Positions 20,649 through 32,106 are shown, counted from the first letter of the stretch. The stretch: 64,000 nucleotides of DNA from an uncultured Sphingomonadaceae bacterium (GCA_947493325.1 CANLQI010000001.1:1129375-1193374); one strand, 5' to 3'. Numbers and translations: made by a program. The notes: generated from the sequence alone by a model not told the origin.

Positions 20649-22805
20649 TTATCTGGTGTAAAACCAGCCATGATCGCCTTCGTGTTCGGCGACACTTTCA
20701 AGCTGTGGCGGATCATTCAGCCAGATTGACAGCCCGCCCGTCTGCGACAGCATTTTGCGATCGGCCTTGAGCCATTTGGGCGTGCAACTGCGCGGTAACC
20801 AGCGGTCACTTACCACTATATCCGCGCGCTTACATGCTGCGGCGAGAGCCTGTTCAGGCACATTATAGCTGCTCCTGCTGGCCAGAATTGACCATATCCG
20901 GCCATTTCTCGACAATGTGACCGTGCAAAAATCAGGGCTGCACTGCGCATTTTTCCAGTCTTTCATCGCGGTGACCTGCCCCTCGATACCGGCGTTTTCC
21001 ATCAAGGTACTCACAGTATAATCCCCGGCCCTGTCGCGCAGCAGCACGAGCTCGCCATTTTCACCTGTGACGGCAAGATGTGCGCCAGTGGAATGCACCA
21101 ATATGTCCGGTGAACGCATGAATGTAAGTGATAGCGCCGCAAGCCCCAGCGGTATCAGCGCGATAAGCCGCGCCTTGCCATCTATCAACGCCAGCCATAG
21201 CCCGCCAAAAACAAATATTGCGAATGTAAAAACGCTCATGGATGGCAGTCTGGTAACCGATCCGGGCTGCGCCTCGACAAAATGGGCAAGGCCCAGCAGG
21301 AATGACAACGCTTTGCCGCATATCATCCAGACGGGGCCGCCCAGACCGATCATATCCAGCGACAGCGCCAATGCTTCCAGCGGCATAATTACGAATGTTG
21401 TGAGCGGTATAGCGATGATGTTCGCGAGCGCCCCATAGATACCGGCCTTATGAAAATGATAGAGCGCAATAGGCATCAGCGCGATCTCAATAGCCAGCCC
21501 GGTCAAGAACAGCATCGCAACGAAGCGCATGAAACGGCGCAATATTGGTTCCTGGCGCCTTTCAAATGTCCGTTTCACCCATGGCAACTGGTGCAACGCT
21601 ATAATGGTGATGACAGCGGCGAAGCTGAGCTGGAAGCTTGGTCCCACCAATGCTTCTGGCCAGAATATCAAAACAAATGCTGCGCCCGCGGCGACTAACC
21701 GCATTGAAATGGGATCGCGCCCCATGGCCAATGCAGTCAATACGAGTATGGCGGCGATACAGGCGCGTATGGTCGGCACCTGTGCGCCTGTGAGCAATGT
21801 ATAGGTCAGCCCTCCCAAAGCTGCGGCAATCGAGGCGATAACGGGCAACCGGTACCGCAGTGCCAGATAGGGCGACAAGGCAAGCAGCTTGACGACCAAC
21901 AGATATATAGCGCCGACTATGGCGCTGACGTGCAAACCGCTGATTGAAAGCAAATGCGCCAGCCCTGCCCGGCGCATCGCTTCTGCGTCCGCGTCGGCTA
22001 TGCCGCCTCTGTCTCCGGTGGCAAGAGTTGCGGCAATCGCGCCTTCCGATCCCGCTATTTGCGACTGAATATGCCGTGACAGGCGTGACTGCGCATCGCC
22101 CAGAATGTCGGTCTGCCGCGATCCGCAGATAATAACCGGTTTTTCAAGAGCGGAGCCGGTCGCCGAAATACCGTCAAACCATGCCCGCCGCGCAAAGTTA
22201 TATGCCCCTGGCAAAGCTGCACCGGCAGGCGGCATCAGCCGCGCGCGCAATGCAATAACCGCACCTTTGCGAAAACCCGCATCATTCCATTTTTCTGGAA
22301 CATTAACCCGAATACGCGCCGACAAATCCGCGCTTTTTTCTGTGAGAAGAACGAGCCGTACCATCGCACGTGCCGGCATATCCACACGCTCGTCAATTTG
22401 TGCGTGGAACTTCGTTACAACCGGCCTTTCAAGCGGCATTGCTCCTACGACACTTGATTTCAGCCATATCAGGCCGCAGCCCACGGCGAATAAGATGAAA
22501 ACCAAAGCGGTCACACGTTTCAGGAGACCAAATCTTCCGGATCTGCCGGGAGCTGCTGATATCAATAGCCCTGCCGCAAAACCTCCCAGAATAACCGCTA
22601 TCCACTGATATGCATTATCAAGCAGAAACCAGCTTGCTATCCCCGCCCCAAACACGGCGGGTATCCATAGCGGCAAATATTGCCGTTGCCGGTCCAGAAA
22701 TTCTTCCGCGCCAGATAATGCACGCTGCACCGCCAAATGCAGCGCGACGAAAACAGCACTTGGAACCTTTTGGAAAGCCGTGCTAGGGGCGTTGCTTTTA
22801 GGCAT
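20649..22805 (-). CDS. comEC: ComEC/Rec2-family DNA internalisation channel protein
   Basis: 718 aa, polytopic, with a competence-domain TM bundle and a C-terminal metallo-beta-lactamase-like remnant. Conserved lexA/comEC/gltX/gltA neighbourhood. Confidence 0.85.
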   Translation of the reverse strand: MPKSNAPSTAFQKVPSAVFVALHLAVQRALSGAEEFLDRQRQYLPLWIPAVFGAGIASWFLLDNAYQWIAVILGGFAAGLLISAAPGRSGRFGLLKRVTALVFILFAVGCGLIWLKSSVVGAMPLERPVVTKFHAQIDERVDMPARAMVRLVLLTEKSADLSARIRVNVPEKWNDAGFRKGAVIALRARLMPPAGAALPGAYNFARRAWFDGISATGSALEKPVIICGSRQTDILGDAQSRLSRHIQSQIAGSEGAIAATLATGDRGGIADADAEAMRRAGLAHLLSISGLHVSAIVGAIYLLVVKLLALSPYLALRYRLPVIASIAAALGGLTYTLLTGAQVPTIRACIAAILVLTALAMGRDPISMRLVAAGAAFVLIFWPEALVGPSFQLSFAAVITIIALHQLPWVKRTFERRQEPILRRFMRFVAMLFLTGLAIEIALMPIALYHFHKAGIYGALANIIAIPLTTFVIMPLEALALSLDMIGLGGPVWMICGKALSFLLGLAHFVEAQPGSVTRLPSMSVFTFAIFVFGGLWLALIDGKARLIALIPLGLAALSLTFMRSPDILVHSTGAHLAVTGENGELVLLRDRAGDYTVSTLMENAGIEGQVTAMKDWKNAQCSPDFCTVTLSRNGRIWSILASRSSYNVPEQALAAACKRADIVVSDRWLPRSCTPKWLKADRKMLSQTGGLSIWLNDPPQLESVAEHEGDHGWFYTR

Positions 22806-22830
22806 TTTTCATCTTTGAAAGGAAGCAGGC

Positions 22831-24282
22831 TTGAGTGCAAGCACAGATATACAGCTGGGTAATTCCGATACACCGCAAGTGGTTACCCGTTTTGCCCCCT
22901 CGCCCACCGGCTTTCTGCATATTGGCGGCGCGCGTACTGCTCTTTTCAACTGGCTTTTTGCACGTGCCAATGGCGGCAGGGCATTGCTGCGTATCGAAGA
23001 TACCGACAAAGAACGCTCTACGCAGCCTGCGATTGACGCGATCATAGATGGCCTTGACTGGATGGGGCTGGACTGGGACGAACCGCCCGTTTTCCAAAGC
23101 GCGCGCGCCGCACGCCATGCTGAAGTGGCGCAGGCACTGCTGGGCAAAGGCCATGCCTATAAATGCTATGCCACGGCAGAAGAACTGGAACAGATGCGAG
23201 CCGAACAGCGCGCGGCCAAAAAGCCCATGCGTTATGATGGACGCTGGCGTGACCGCGATCCTTCGGAAGCTCCGGAAGGCGCGCCTTATGTCGTGCGCCT
23301 GAAAACGCAGCAGCGCGGCAGCATGACAATTCAGGATAAAGTGCAGGGGCAGGTCTCTGTCCGCAATGAAGAAATCGATGATTATGTCCTGCTGCGCTCA
23401 GACGGCACGCCGACATATATGCTTGCAGTTGTCGTTGATGATCACGACATGGGTGTCACGCACCTGATCCGCGGTGATGATCATTTGAACAACGCATTCC
23501 GGCAGCTTTCCCTTATCCATGCGATGGATTGGCCCGAACCTGTATATGCGCATATTCCCCTGATTCACGGCAATGATGGTGCCAAACTATCCAAACGGCA
23601 CGGAGCGCTGGGTGTAGAGGCGTACCGCGATGACATGGGCGTATTGTCCGATGCCCTGTTCAATTATCTGCTGCGTCTTGGCTGGGGGCACGGTGATGAC
23701 GAGATAATTTCACGCGGGGAGGCTGTTGAACTCTTCTCGCTGGCAGGCGTGGGCAAATCCCCTTCCCGCTTTGATGCCAAAAAACTGATGAACTTGAACG
23801 GTATTTACATGCGCGAAAGCGATGATGCAGAACTCACCGCGCTGGTTTCGCCGCGTCTCGCCGCAATATGTGCCGCATATGACGCTACGGAAAACGCGGC
23901 TCTGCTGGAACAGGCGATGCCGGTGCTGAAAATGCGTGCGAAAAACCTGAATGAACTCGCCGAAAGCGCAAAATTTCTTTTCGCAAAACGGCCTCTGGCA
24001 ATGGACGAGAAAGCATTATCTCTGCTAGAAGGCGAGAAACGCGATGTTCTAAACGATGTTACGGGGCCACTTGCCGATTGTTCCGAATGGACGTTGGAAA
24101 AACTGGAAGAAATTATCAAAGCTATTGCCGAAAATAAGGAATTGGGATTGGGTAAAATTGCCCAGCCACTGCGTGCAGCCCTGACCGGGCAAGCCAATTC
24201 TCCCGGTATTTTTGATGTTCTGGTGCTTTTGGGCAAGCAGGAATCAATGGATAGGATCAACGATCAGATAAAAGCCGGATAA
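22831..24282 (+). CDS. gltX: Glutamate--tRNA ligase
   Basis: HIGH motif ([14 protein letters not shown]) and KMSKS motif (KLSKRHG). TTG start preceded by AGGAAG. Confidence 0.95.
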   Translation: MSASTDIQLGNSDTPQVVTRFAPSPTGFLHIGGARTALFNWLFARANGGRALLRIEDTDKERSTQPAIDAIIDGLDWMGLDWDEPPVFQSARAARHAEVAQALLGKGHAYKCYATAEELEQMRAEQRAAKKPMRYDGRWRDRDPSEAPEGAPYVVRLKTQQRGSMTIQDKVQGQVSVRNEEIDDYVLLRSDGTPTYMLAVVVDDHDMGVTHLIRGDDHLNNAFRQLSLIHAMDWPEPVYAHIPLIHGNDGAKLSKRHGALGVEAYRDDMGVLSDALFNYLLRLGWGHGDDEIISRGEAVELFSLAGVGKSPSRFDAKKLMNLNGIYMRESDDAELTALVSPRLAAICAAYDATENAALLEQAMPVLKMRAKNLNELAESAKFLFAKRPLAMDEKALSLLEGEKRDVLNDVTGPLADCSEWTLEKLEEIIKAIAENKELGLGKIAQPLRAALTGQANSPGIFDVLVLLGKQESMDRINDQIKAG

Positions 24283-24345
24283 TAGCTGGCGATATCAAAT
24301 TATGGCCCTTGCAAAAGGGCACTGGTGTACTTGAGGAGACAATAG

Positions 24346-25632
24346 GTGACAGACAGAAACGCAAAAATACAATATGCGGGCAACGATTACGATATGCCCG
24401 TGCTCAGTGGATCAGTGGGTCCCGATGTGGTCGATATCCGCAAATTTTACGGACAGACCGGCGCATTTACATATGATCCGGGTTTTACGTCCACTGCCAG
24501 CTGTGAATCCGGCCTCACCTATATCGACGGCGGCGAAGGTATCCTGCTACACCGCGGTTATCCCATCGGCCAGCTTGCCGAAAAATCCAGTTTTATGGAA
24601 GTCGCTTATCTTCTGCTGAACGGTGAGTTGCCGGATCAGGACGAGATGACGGATTTTAACTACACGATTTCACGCCACACCATGCTGCACGAACAGCTTA
24701 TGAAATTCTACGGCGGTTTTCGCAGCGATGCCCACCCGATGGCGATTATGTGCGGCGTTGTGGGGGCTTTGTCTGCATTTTATCATGATTCCACCGATAT
24801 TTCGGACCCGGAACACCGGACGATCTCCAGCCACCGTCTGATTGCGAAAATGCCGACTATTGCTGCGGCTGCGTATAAATATTCAATCGGGCAGCCATTT
24901 ATGTATCCCGATAACTCGCTGTCCTATACAGGCAATTTCCTGAAAATGACCTTTGGCGTTCCGGCGGAAGAATATGAAGTCCATCCCGCTATTGAGCGCG
25001 CTCTGGACCGTATTTTTATCCTGCATGCCGATCATGAACAAAATGCCTCGACATCCACTGTACGCCTCGCCGGCTCATCAGGTGCCAATCCGTTCGCGTG
25101 TATCGCCGCAGGTATTGCCTGTCTGTGGGGCCCTGCGCATGGCGGCGCGAATGAAGCTGCACTCAACATGCTGCGTGAAATCGGTACGCCGGACCGTATT
25201 CCGGAATATATTGAGCGCGCGAAGGACAAAAACGACCCATTCCGCCTGATGGGATTTGGCCACCGTGTATATAAAAACTACGATCCGCGGGCGACAGTCA
25301 TGCAGGAAACAGTCCGTGAAGTATTTGATGCGCTTAAAGTGACCGACCCTGTGTTTGAAGTTGCGCTTCAACTCGAGGAAATGGCACTTAACGACGATTA
25401 TTTCAAAGAGAAGAAACTCTTCCCGAACGTTGATTTCTATTCTGGGGTAATCCTGTCCGCCATCGGTTTCCCGACGACCATGTTTACCGCATTGTTTGCG
25501 CTCGCACGGACAGTGGGCTGGGTTGCGCAATGGAATGAGATGATCTCAGATCCGGGCCAGAAAATTGGCCGTCCACGCCAATTGTATACAGGCCCGACAC
25601 AGCGGGATTATATATCGTTGGATAAACGCTGA
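24346..25632 (+). CDS. gltA: Citrate synthase
   Basis: [14 protein letters not shown] signature. 428 aa. GTG start preceded by GAGGAG. Confidence 0.96.
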   Translation: MTDRNAKIQYAGNDYDMPVLSGSVGPDVVDIRKFYGQTGAFTYDPGFTSTASCESGLTYIDGGEGILLHRGYPIGQLAEKSSFMEVAYLLLNGELPDQDEMTDFNYTISRHTMLHEQLMKFYGGFRSDAHPMAIMCGVVGALSAFYHDSTDISDPEHRTISSHRLIAKMPTIAAAAYKYSIGQPFMYPDNSLSYTGNFLKMTFGVPAEEYEVHPAIERALDRIFILHADHEQNASTSTVRLAGSSGANPFACIAAGIACLWGPAHGGANEAALNMLREIGTPDRIPEYIERAKDKNDPFRLMGFGHRVYKNYDPRATVMQETVREVFDALKVTDPVFEVALQLEEMALNDDYFKEKKLFPNVDFYSGVILSAIGFPTTMFTALFALARTVGWVAQWNEMISDPGQKIGRPRQLYTGPTQRDYISLDKR

Positions 25633-25670
25633 ACATTATGGATTAGCAATCTGTAAAATATAGAAATTAG

Positions 25671-25705
25671 AAACGGCGTGTCTCGCAAAAGATGCGCCGT
25701 TTTCA
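25671..25705. terminator. Hairpin between convergent gltA and the 399-aa gene; likely a bidirectional terminator
   Basis: AAACGGCG...CGCCGTTT stem, extendable with two G-U pairs, and T/A runs on both sides. Confidence 0.5.
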
Positions 25706-25707
25706 TA

Positions 25708-26907
25708 TCAAGCGTCTCTATCTGTGCCGCCAAACATTACAGCCGTAAGAAATATCAGGCCAGTGATAATGACCGCTAAAGTCAGATGACCAAAAACTGC
25801 CGCTGCTCCAAGTGCAAGTGCCAGGACAAGAGGATCGCGCAATATATCCAGCATTTTGCCGAAACCTGCTGATCTATGCATAAAATACCAATATAGCCCG
25901 GCACAGCTGAGTGTTAGATAGGCGATTACCTCATAAGACAGGCTGTCACCGCTTTTATAAAGGCCGATGGCAATAATAGCCGCGACAGATATCCAATAAA
26001 GATTTTTTATATATTTTGGGGCTTTTAATGGTTCAAAAAAGCCAAAAAGATTTTGTCTTATATACCCGGCAAAAATGGCTGAAAATAATAATATTATTCC
26101 GATAACTGTATTCGAGAAATATGCAGCTGCAGGAGCGGCTAGCGAGAATAAAACCTCCAAACCACGCAATATATTTTTGCTTCTGCTGCTGCGCCAGAAA
26201 TAGGGTGCAAGCTTTTGCGTCAACGGAGCGGCAAGAAATCTTTCGCTGAAGCGCGTAAATGCTTTGTTTGGGGCGAAGACGGCGCGTTTCTCAATTGCAC
26301 CCATTCTATGTGTTGATGACTGGATAGCGATTTTTTCTGCCTCAATCGCCTCTTCATCGACCATGGTCCGCTTGTAGTCCTGCTGGACACCGCTTCTCAG
26401 CGCGGCCGATTCCATGCTCCAGTCACCTGGCAGACTTGCCAGCGACAAAAGGTCTTGCCCGCGTAATTTTGCAAGTCCTGCCCAGAAGTGATTGATATCC
26501 ATACGTTCAAAATCTGCAGGCCGCGTATCAGAGCCTGCGCTTATCGTGGCAATAACCGGCTCTTCCCCGCTCCATATCGAATGGGCAAGCTGCGGTTCAG
26601 TATAAAGCCCATCTGCAATCAATAATATTTCATCATCAGGCGCCACATGCCCGATAATATCGGAAACACCGCGGATCCGCACCAGTTCAATGGAGTTTTT
26701 GGCAGCGTAGTTTTCAAGCAATATGATCTGCCCCGCGACCGCCTGCACAAACATGATGATTTTGGTGGCGCCCGCGTCAATGGCGAGTTTCATTTGATAT
26801 TGCGCCAAAGTGCCATCTGCCAATGGCAGTAATCCGCAGGGTTGATCCGGCGCATCCGCACAGGTCTTGCAAATACTGATCAGCGCAATGCGCACGGGCA
26901 TCTCCAT
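25708..26907 (-). CDS. Uncharacterised protein: about 215-aa soluble N-terminal region plus a C-terminal polytopic membrane domain
   Basis: 399-aa ORF. The C-terminal half has about 5 hydrophobic helices. No catalytic motif recognised. Confidence 0.7.
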   Translation of the reverse strand: MEMPVRIALISICKTCADAPDQPCGLLPLADGTLAQYQMKLAIDAGATKIIMFVQAVAGQIILLENYAAKNSIELVRIRGVSDIIGHVAPDDEILLIADGLYTEPQLAHSIWSGEEPVIATISAGSDTRPADFERMDINHFWAGLAKLRGQDLLSLASLPGDWSMESAALRSGVQQDYKRTMVDEEAIEAEKIAIQSSTHRMGAIEKRAVFAPNKAFTRFSERFLAAPLTQKLAPYFWRSSRSKNILRGLEVLFSLAAPAAAYFSNTVIGIILLFSAIFAGYIRQNLFGFFEPLKAPKYIKNLYWISVAAIIAIGLYKSGDSLSYEVIAYLTLSCAGLYWYFMHRSAGFGKMLDILRDPLVLALALGAAAVFGHLTLAVIITGLIFLTAVMFGGTDRDA

Positions 26908-27064
26908 CCATTATTCAGTGCATAGATATCGAAAGTGCAAGATTCCTGCAAAACCTATCCGCATTATCCATAATATTTTACGGGCCCACTCTTTCAGACC
27001 TGAATATCCCTCTTTTCCCCGAACTTCCTGTTCCCAATAGCGTGGAACATGGTAAACAATTTGT

Positions 27065-29395
27065 ATGAGCAAAGATCAAAAAATTGTCGACCTGCAACAC
27101 AGCCCCACTGCAGAAGAAGAGCAGAACGTACAGGGCGCGCACAGCATAGCTGATGGCGATAAAGCAGATTCATCTTATCCGGATATCGGCGTAACAGCCA
27201 ACAGTGCGGAGGAAGAATATGCGGTTGCCGAGGAAAGCGATTGGGATTGGGAAGACAATGCGGAAACTCCCGCACAATCAGACAATGTCATAAAATTTGC
27301 GTTTGTTGCGGCGGCGCTCGTCTGGACAGGCATATTGACTTGGTCAAAACTGCCCAAAATCGAAGCCGGTCTAGGTATGGAACAGGGCGTGGATATGTTC
27401 GTGCAATGGTCCATTCCAATTTTGCTACTGGCCGTCACCTATCTACTGCTGATCCGCAACAGCACCCGGGAAGCCGGCGTTTTTGGCAATGTCGCTGCTT
27501 CGCTGCGCGCCGAAAGCCAGGCACTGGAAGCGCGCCTGCACCATATGAATGGTGAATTATCGCTGGCGCGCGAATTCCTGGCCAATCAAAGCCTCGAACT
27601 GGAATCTCTGGGCCGCACGTCATCCGACACATTGTTGGGGCATGCCGAAAAAATACAGAATATTATCAGTGATAGCGACGTAAAGGTGCGCAGTATTGGT
27701 GACGTATCGGACAGTGCGCTCACCAATATCGAAAAACTGCGCGAACAGCTCCCTGTGATTTCCACATCGGCCAAAGATGTCACAAGCCAGATCGCGAATA
27801 CAGGCCGGACTGCACAGCTGCAAATTCATGAAATGGCACAGGGTTTCGAACGTGTGAATGAATTTGGCAAGACCAGCGACGGTCAGATCATGTCGCTGCA
27901 GGAGCGCGCACATAAAGCCATATCCGATCTTTCCGAAGCCATGGAGAATATGTCGGGATCGGTTGATGCAAAACTGGCGCATATTTCGGACACATCAGGC
28001 AAAACGTTCCAAAGCCTGGAGGAAAACAGTGAGGCGCTTACGTCCAGACTACATGGCAATGTGACGCTGGTCAGAGCCGAACAGGATGCCGCAGTTGTGC
28101 TGATGCGGGAACAGCTTGAAAGTCATGAAGAAACACTCACGCGTTTGGCCGAAAATCGTGAGCAGCAGGATGCGGCCATGTCCGAAATGTTGTCAGCGAT
28201 GCGCGCGCTTCTGGATGAAAGCGAAGCACGCATTGCCGAGATTGACAGTAGCGGCGGCGATAAAACGGCCAAGGTCGCTTTTGCCATTTCTGCACTGGGC
28301 GATAACCTGGATGAAGTGTTGCAGAAAATGTTAGCATCGCAGGATAGATCGCAGCAGCTTTTCGACGAAGCCGAAAAACTGAAACACACGGTGGACGCGA
28401 ACATCCGCGATATTGACGAGACCCTGCCCGCTTCGCTGACACAGCTTGATGAACGTCTTTCGCAAACGGTTGCAGGCTTTCAGGATGCCCGTGCACAGCT
28501 TGATGAAATTAGCAATGTCAACACGGCTTTTGCGGAAAAAGTGCAGACCGCACATGATAGCCTGAACGCGCAGGCCGAAACCATATCTGGCCTTAATAAC
28601 GATAACGACGTGTGGAACAGGCAGAATGCGGAAGTAACCGCGTTAATTGCATCGATGCAGTCTGCCCGCGAAGAAAGCGAGGCGCTGTCTGCGTCTGCGA
28701 ATGACACGCTTGCCGCTGCGCTCGCGCATGTACAGACAACAGCCGAAAAAGCTGCCCAGGCGGCGCGTGCAGCCATGCAGGACAGTATCGGTAGTGTCGC
28801 AAATGATTTTGGCGACAAAAGTGAACAGGCGCTGGAACAGGTCATTCATGGCAAAGCATCCGAGCTTGTCGGCAACCTGGAAGGGGCCATCAATCAAGCC
28901 ATTGATGCGACACATGATGCGACGGTGCACCTTAAAGAACAGCTAGCGAAAGTGGATGAATTGGCCACTGATCTTGAATACCGCGTACAGGAGGCGCGCC
29001 AGAAAGCCGAGACGAAAACCGATCATGATTTTGCGCGGCGGGTGTCACTTCTTACCGAGTCACTCAATTCCACGGCAATTGATGTGACCAAGATATTTTC
29101 TACCGAAGTTACGGATACGGCATGGGCGGCATATCTCAAGGGCGACCGCGGGGTATTTACGCGGCGGGCGGTCAAATTACTCGACGCCGGCGAAGTCCGC
29201 GAAATTGCGCAGCATTATGAAAATGACATGGAGTTTCAGGGGCATGTGAACCGTTATATCCATGATTTCGAAGCCATGCTGCGCAGCATGCTCGCCACCA
29301 GTGAAGGCGGCGCGGTCAGTGTGACTTTACTGTCGTCGGATATTGGCAAGCTTTACGTTGCATTGGCGCAGGCCATTGAGCGCTTCCGCAAATGA
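27065..29395 (+). CDS. Membrane-anchored long coiled-coil protein (acidic N-terminus, 2 TM helices, about 500 aa of heptad-rich helix, conserved-looking C-terminal domain)
   Basis: 776 aa. TM helices FAFVAAALVWTGILTW and WSIPILLLAVTYLLLI, followed by an E/Q/A/L-rich helical repeat. Confidence 0.8.
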   Translation: MSKDQKIVDLQHSPTAEEEQNVQGAHSIADGDKADSSYPDIGVTANSAEEEYAVAEESDWDWEDNAETPAQSDNVIKFAFVAAALVWTGILTWSKLPKIEAGLGMEQGVDMFVQWSIPILLLAVTYLLLIRNSTREAGVFGNVAASLRAESQALEARLHHMNGELSLAREFLANQSLELESLGRTSSDTLLGHAEKIQNIISDSDVKVRSIGDVSDSALTNIEKLREQLPVISTSAKDVTSQIANTGRTAQLQIHEMAQGFERVNEFGKTSDGQIMSLQERAHKAISDLSEAMENMSGSVDAKLAHISDTSGKTFQSLEENSEALTSRLHGNVTLVRAEQDAAVVLMREQLESHEETLTRLAENREQQDAAMSEMLSAMRALLDESEARIAEIDSSGGDKTAKVAFAISALGDNLDEVLQKMLASQDRSQQLFDEAEKLKHTVDANIRDIDETLPASLTQLDERLSQTVAGFQDARAQLDEISNVNTAFAEKVQTAHDSLNAQAETISGLNNDNDVWNRQNAEVTALIASMQSAREESEALSASANDTLAAALAHVQTTAEKAAQAARAAMQDSIGSVANDFGDKSEQALEQVIHGKASELVGNLEGAINQAIDATHDATVHLKEQLAKVDELATDLEYRVQEARQKAETKTDHDFARRVSLLTESLNSTAIDVTKIFSTEVTDTAWAAYLKGDRGVFTRRAVKLLDAGEVREIAQHYENDMEFQGHVNRYIHDFEAMLRSMLATSEGGAVSVTLLSSDIGKLYVALAQAIERFRK

Positions 29396-29396
29396 T

Positions 29397-29669
29397 TTAG
29401 CCTTTTGGTACTTTTATAAAATCAAATGTTTCCGCGGTAATCCATCCATAGATATAGTTGGCGTAAAATATCCCGAACAGGGTTAGCGCCAGCAATGTCG
29501 TACGCATGATAACTGTGACCGGGCGGAAATTGCCAGGTGCACTATCCGCCTGCCCGCGGACTTTATCTATGCCCAATTCGTCATGGGTTTTTACGCCAAA
29601 TGGCAGCACCAGAAATGCAGAAATAACCCAAAACAGGGCAAATATAGCAATTATGGACGTCCATTCCAT
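29397..29669 (-). CDS. DUF1467-family small membrane protein
   Basis: 90 aa (MEWTSIIAIFALFWVISAFLVLPFGV...). Typical position downstream of rnj in alphaproteobacteria. Family name recalled from memory. Confidence 0.65.
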   Translation of the reverse strand: MEWTSIIAIFALFWVISAFLVLPFGVKTHDELGIDKVRGQADSAPGNFRPVTVIMRTTLLALTLFGIFYANYIYGWITAETFDFIKVPKG

Positions 29670-29672
29670 GGA

Positions 29673-31322
29673 TCAGCTTTCCACGACCAGAACATGCACA
29701 ATAGGTTTTTTGCCAGTCCATCTGGCTGCGCAGCGCCGCACGGCGATGCGGACTGCTTCACGCATTTTTTCAATGTCTTTTACAGGCCCCTTGCCCTGTT
29801 TACGCACGGCATTGATCGCATCGTCGCTGGCCTCATCACAAAAAGCGATCATATCTTCATCCAGCGGCAATCCCGCCGGGGCAATGACAGGATCAGCGGC
29901 GAGCAAGCCTTTGTTATTAAGCGCCACAGCCACGCTGACATGGCCGTTATGCGCCAGTTTGCGCCGCTCGTTGATGGAGCCGCCATCTGCGGGTAAGATA
30001 ACGTCGCCGTCCAAAATCAGGCGGCCCGATATTTCATTGCTGATCTTGCCGGGCTTGCCAGGCGCCAACCGCACCAGATCGCCATTTTTCTGCACAATGG
30101 CCTGGCCAATCCCGCAGTCTTTACCGAAGCGTGCCTGTTCCATCATATGCCGCATCTCACCGTGCACGGGCACGAGAATTTCCGGTCTGATCCATTCATA
30201 CATATCCGCAAGTTCCGGGCGCCCGGGATGACCGGACACGTGGATATGCGCCTGCCGCTCGGTTACCATGATCACGCCTTTTTCGGCCAGCTGGTTCTGA
30301 ATAAATCCAATCGCAATTTCATTACCGGGAATTTGCTTTGATGAAAACAGCACCGCGTCACCCTTGTCTACCTTGATCTGGTGTGTGTCGCTGGCGATCC
30401 GGCCAAGCGCGGCCCGCGGCTCCCCCTGCCCGCCTGTGGCAATGACCATCAATTTATTGCGGGGCAGATTCATTGCTTCATCAAAATCAACCGTCGCGGG
30501 AAAATCCTGCAGATATCCGTGTTGCTGCGCATTTTCGATAATGCGATGCAGCGAACGGCCCGCAACACATAACTTGCGCCCTGTCTTTTTGGCGACTTCG
30601 CCCAATGTATGAAGCCTTGCGACATTAGAGGCAAAAGTTGTTACGATTACACGGTTTTTCTGCTTTTTGACTTCTTCGATCAGGTTGTCCCGAACTTCGC
30701 CTTCTGATCCCGATGCCTTGGGATTGAACACATTGGTGGAATCGCACACCAGCGCCAATACGCCTTCGTCACCGATTTTGGTGAGTTCTTCCGGTGTGGA
30801 CGGCACACCCACAATCGGCTCATCATCCAGTTTCCAGTCGCCCGTATGAAAAACACGGCCATAGGGCGTATCAATAACAAGCGCATTGCCTTCCGCAATC
30901 GAGTGCGCCAACGGCACATAGCGGAACCCGAACGGGCCCAGATCAAATGCGCCTTCGTTATCGATGATATTGAGTTCGACTTCATTACTGAGACCCGCTT
31001 CGTCCAGCTTTCGCTTGATAAGCCCCGCAGTAAAAGGTGTGGCATATAAAGGCACTTCCAAATCGGCGGCTAGATAGGGCAGCGCGCCGATATGATCTTC
31101 ATGACCATGGGTGAGCACAATACCGAGCAAGTCGTCACTGCGTTCCTCAATAAACTGTAAATCAGGGAAGATCAGGTCAACGCCGGGGTAATGTGGATCC
31201 GAAAATGTCATGCCCAGATCGACCATAACCCATTTGCCGTCACAGCCGTAGAGGTTGGCATTCATGCCAATTTCGCCTGACCCGCCAAGGGCCAGAAATA
31301 AAAGCTCGTTTTTCGGCTTCAT
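29673..31322 (-). CDS. rnj: Ribonuclease J
   Basis: Metallo-beta-lactamase motif LTHGHEDHIG plus beta-CASP and C-terminal domains. I trimmed the start to the ATG at 31322, 4 nt after the coaX stop. Confidence 0.9.
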   Translation of the reverse strand: MKPKNELLFLALGGSGEIGMNANLYGCDGKWVMVDLGMTFSDPHYPGVDLIFPDLQFIEERSDDLLGIVLTHGHEDHIGALPYLAADLEVPLYATPFTAGLIKRKLDEAGLSNEVELNIIDNEGAFDLGPFGFRYVPLAHSIAEGNALVIDTPYGRVFHTGDWKLDDEPIVGVPSTPEELTKIGDEGVLALVCDSTNVFNPKASGSEGEVRDNLIEEVKKQKNRVIVTTFASNVARLHTLGEVAKKTGRKLCVAGRSLHRIIENAQQHGYLQDFPATVDFDEAMNLPRNKLMVIATGGQGEPRAALGRIASDTHQIKVDKGDAVLFSSKQIPGNEIAIGFIQNQLAEKGVIMVTERQAHIHVSGHPGRPELADMYEWIRPEILVPVHGEMRHMMEQARFGKDCGIGQAIVQKNGDLVRLAPGKPGKISNEISGRLILDGDVILPADGGSINERRKLAHNGHVSVAVALNNKGLLAADPVIAPAGLPLDEDMIAFCDEASDDAINAVRKQGKGPVKDIEKMREAVRIAVRRCAARWTGKKPIVHVLVVES

Positions 31323-31326
31323 GTAA

Positions 31327-32106
31327 TTATTTTCCAATTCTTTTATATAATATATTAAGGCCATTGAGCGTCAGATCAGACGCGACCTCGTCAAATATGT
31401 CTGTGGGACCGTCAAATAGCGGGGCAAGCCCGCCCGTAGCAATAACCTTGACCGGACGGCCGATTTCCTGTGCCAACCGCGCCGTCATGCCCTCGATCAT
31501 CGACACATAGCCCCAGAATACACCACTATGCATCGCTTCCTCGGTGGTTTTACCGATGACTTTGGCATTCGGCTCGGGCTCTTTGATAACAATCCGCGGC
31601 AGCTTTGCCGCCGCCGTCACCAATGCCTCCAGCGACAGATTGATGCCCGGTGCAATAACGCCGCCTTTATAACTGCCGTTGAAATCAACAATGTCGAATG
31701 TTGTGGCGGTACCAAAATCGATGATGATAAGGTCGCTCTTCCATACTGCATAGGCCGCGATGGCATTGACGATCCGGTCTGCACCCACGGCTTTCGGGTC
31801 CGGCAGGTCAACTTTGATACCATATTCAACCGGCGGGGTCCCGGTTATCAGCGGCTCTGTCCTGCAGTATTTGCGCGTGAAAGAGGCAAGATTGCGCATC
31901 ACGCCGGGCACAACACTGGCCATGATGACATCATCAATACCCGCAAACGACAGATCATTGAGCTGCAACAGCTGGTTAAGCCAAACCGCATATTCATCGC
32001 TGGTGCGTTTCGTGTTCGTTGCAATGCGCCAGCGAAAGCGGATGTTCTCATCCTCAATCAGCGCAAAAACAATATTGGTGTTGCCGACATCAATCGCAAG
32101 CAGCAT
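31327..32106 (-). CDS. coaX: Type III pantothenate kinase
   Basis: [11 protein letters not shown]-terminus and an ASKHA fold. 259 aa. Confidence 0.92.
   Translation of the reverse strand: MLLAIDVGNTNIVFALIEDENIRFRWRIATNTKRTSDEYAVWLNQLLQLNDLSFAGIDDVIMASVVPGVMRNLASFTRKYCRTEPLITGTPPVEYGIKVDLPDPKAVGADRIVNAIAAYAVWKSDLIIIDFGTATTFDIVDFNGSYKGGVIAPGINLSLEALVTAAAKLPRIVIKEPEPNAKVIGKTTEEAMHSGVFWGYVSMIEGMTARLAQEIGRPVKVIATGGLAPLFDGPTDIFDEVASDLTLNGLNILYKRIGK

Noticed and set aside
24305-24320. Hairpin GCCCTT-GCAA-AAGGGC between gltX and gltA; considered as a terminator or attenuator.
   Set aside because: It has only a 6-bp stem and no U-run, and it lies 25 nt from the gltA start. The evidence is insufficient.
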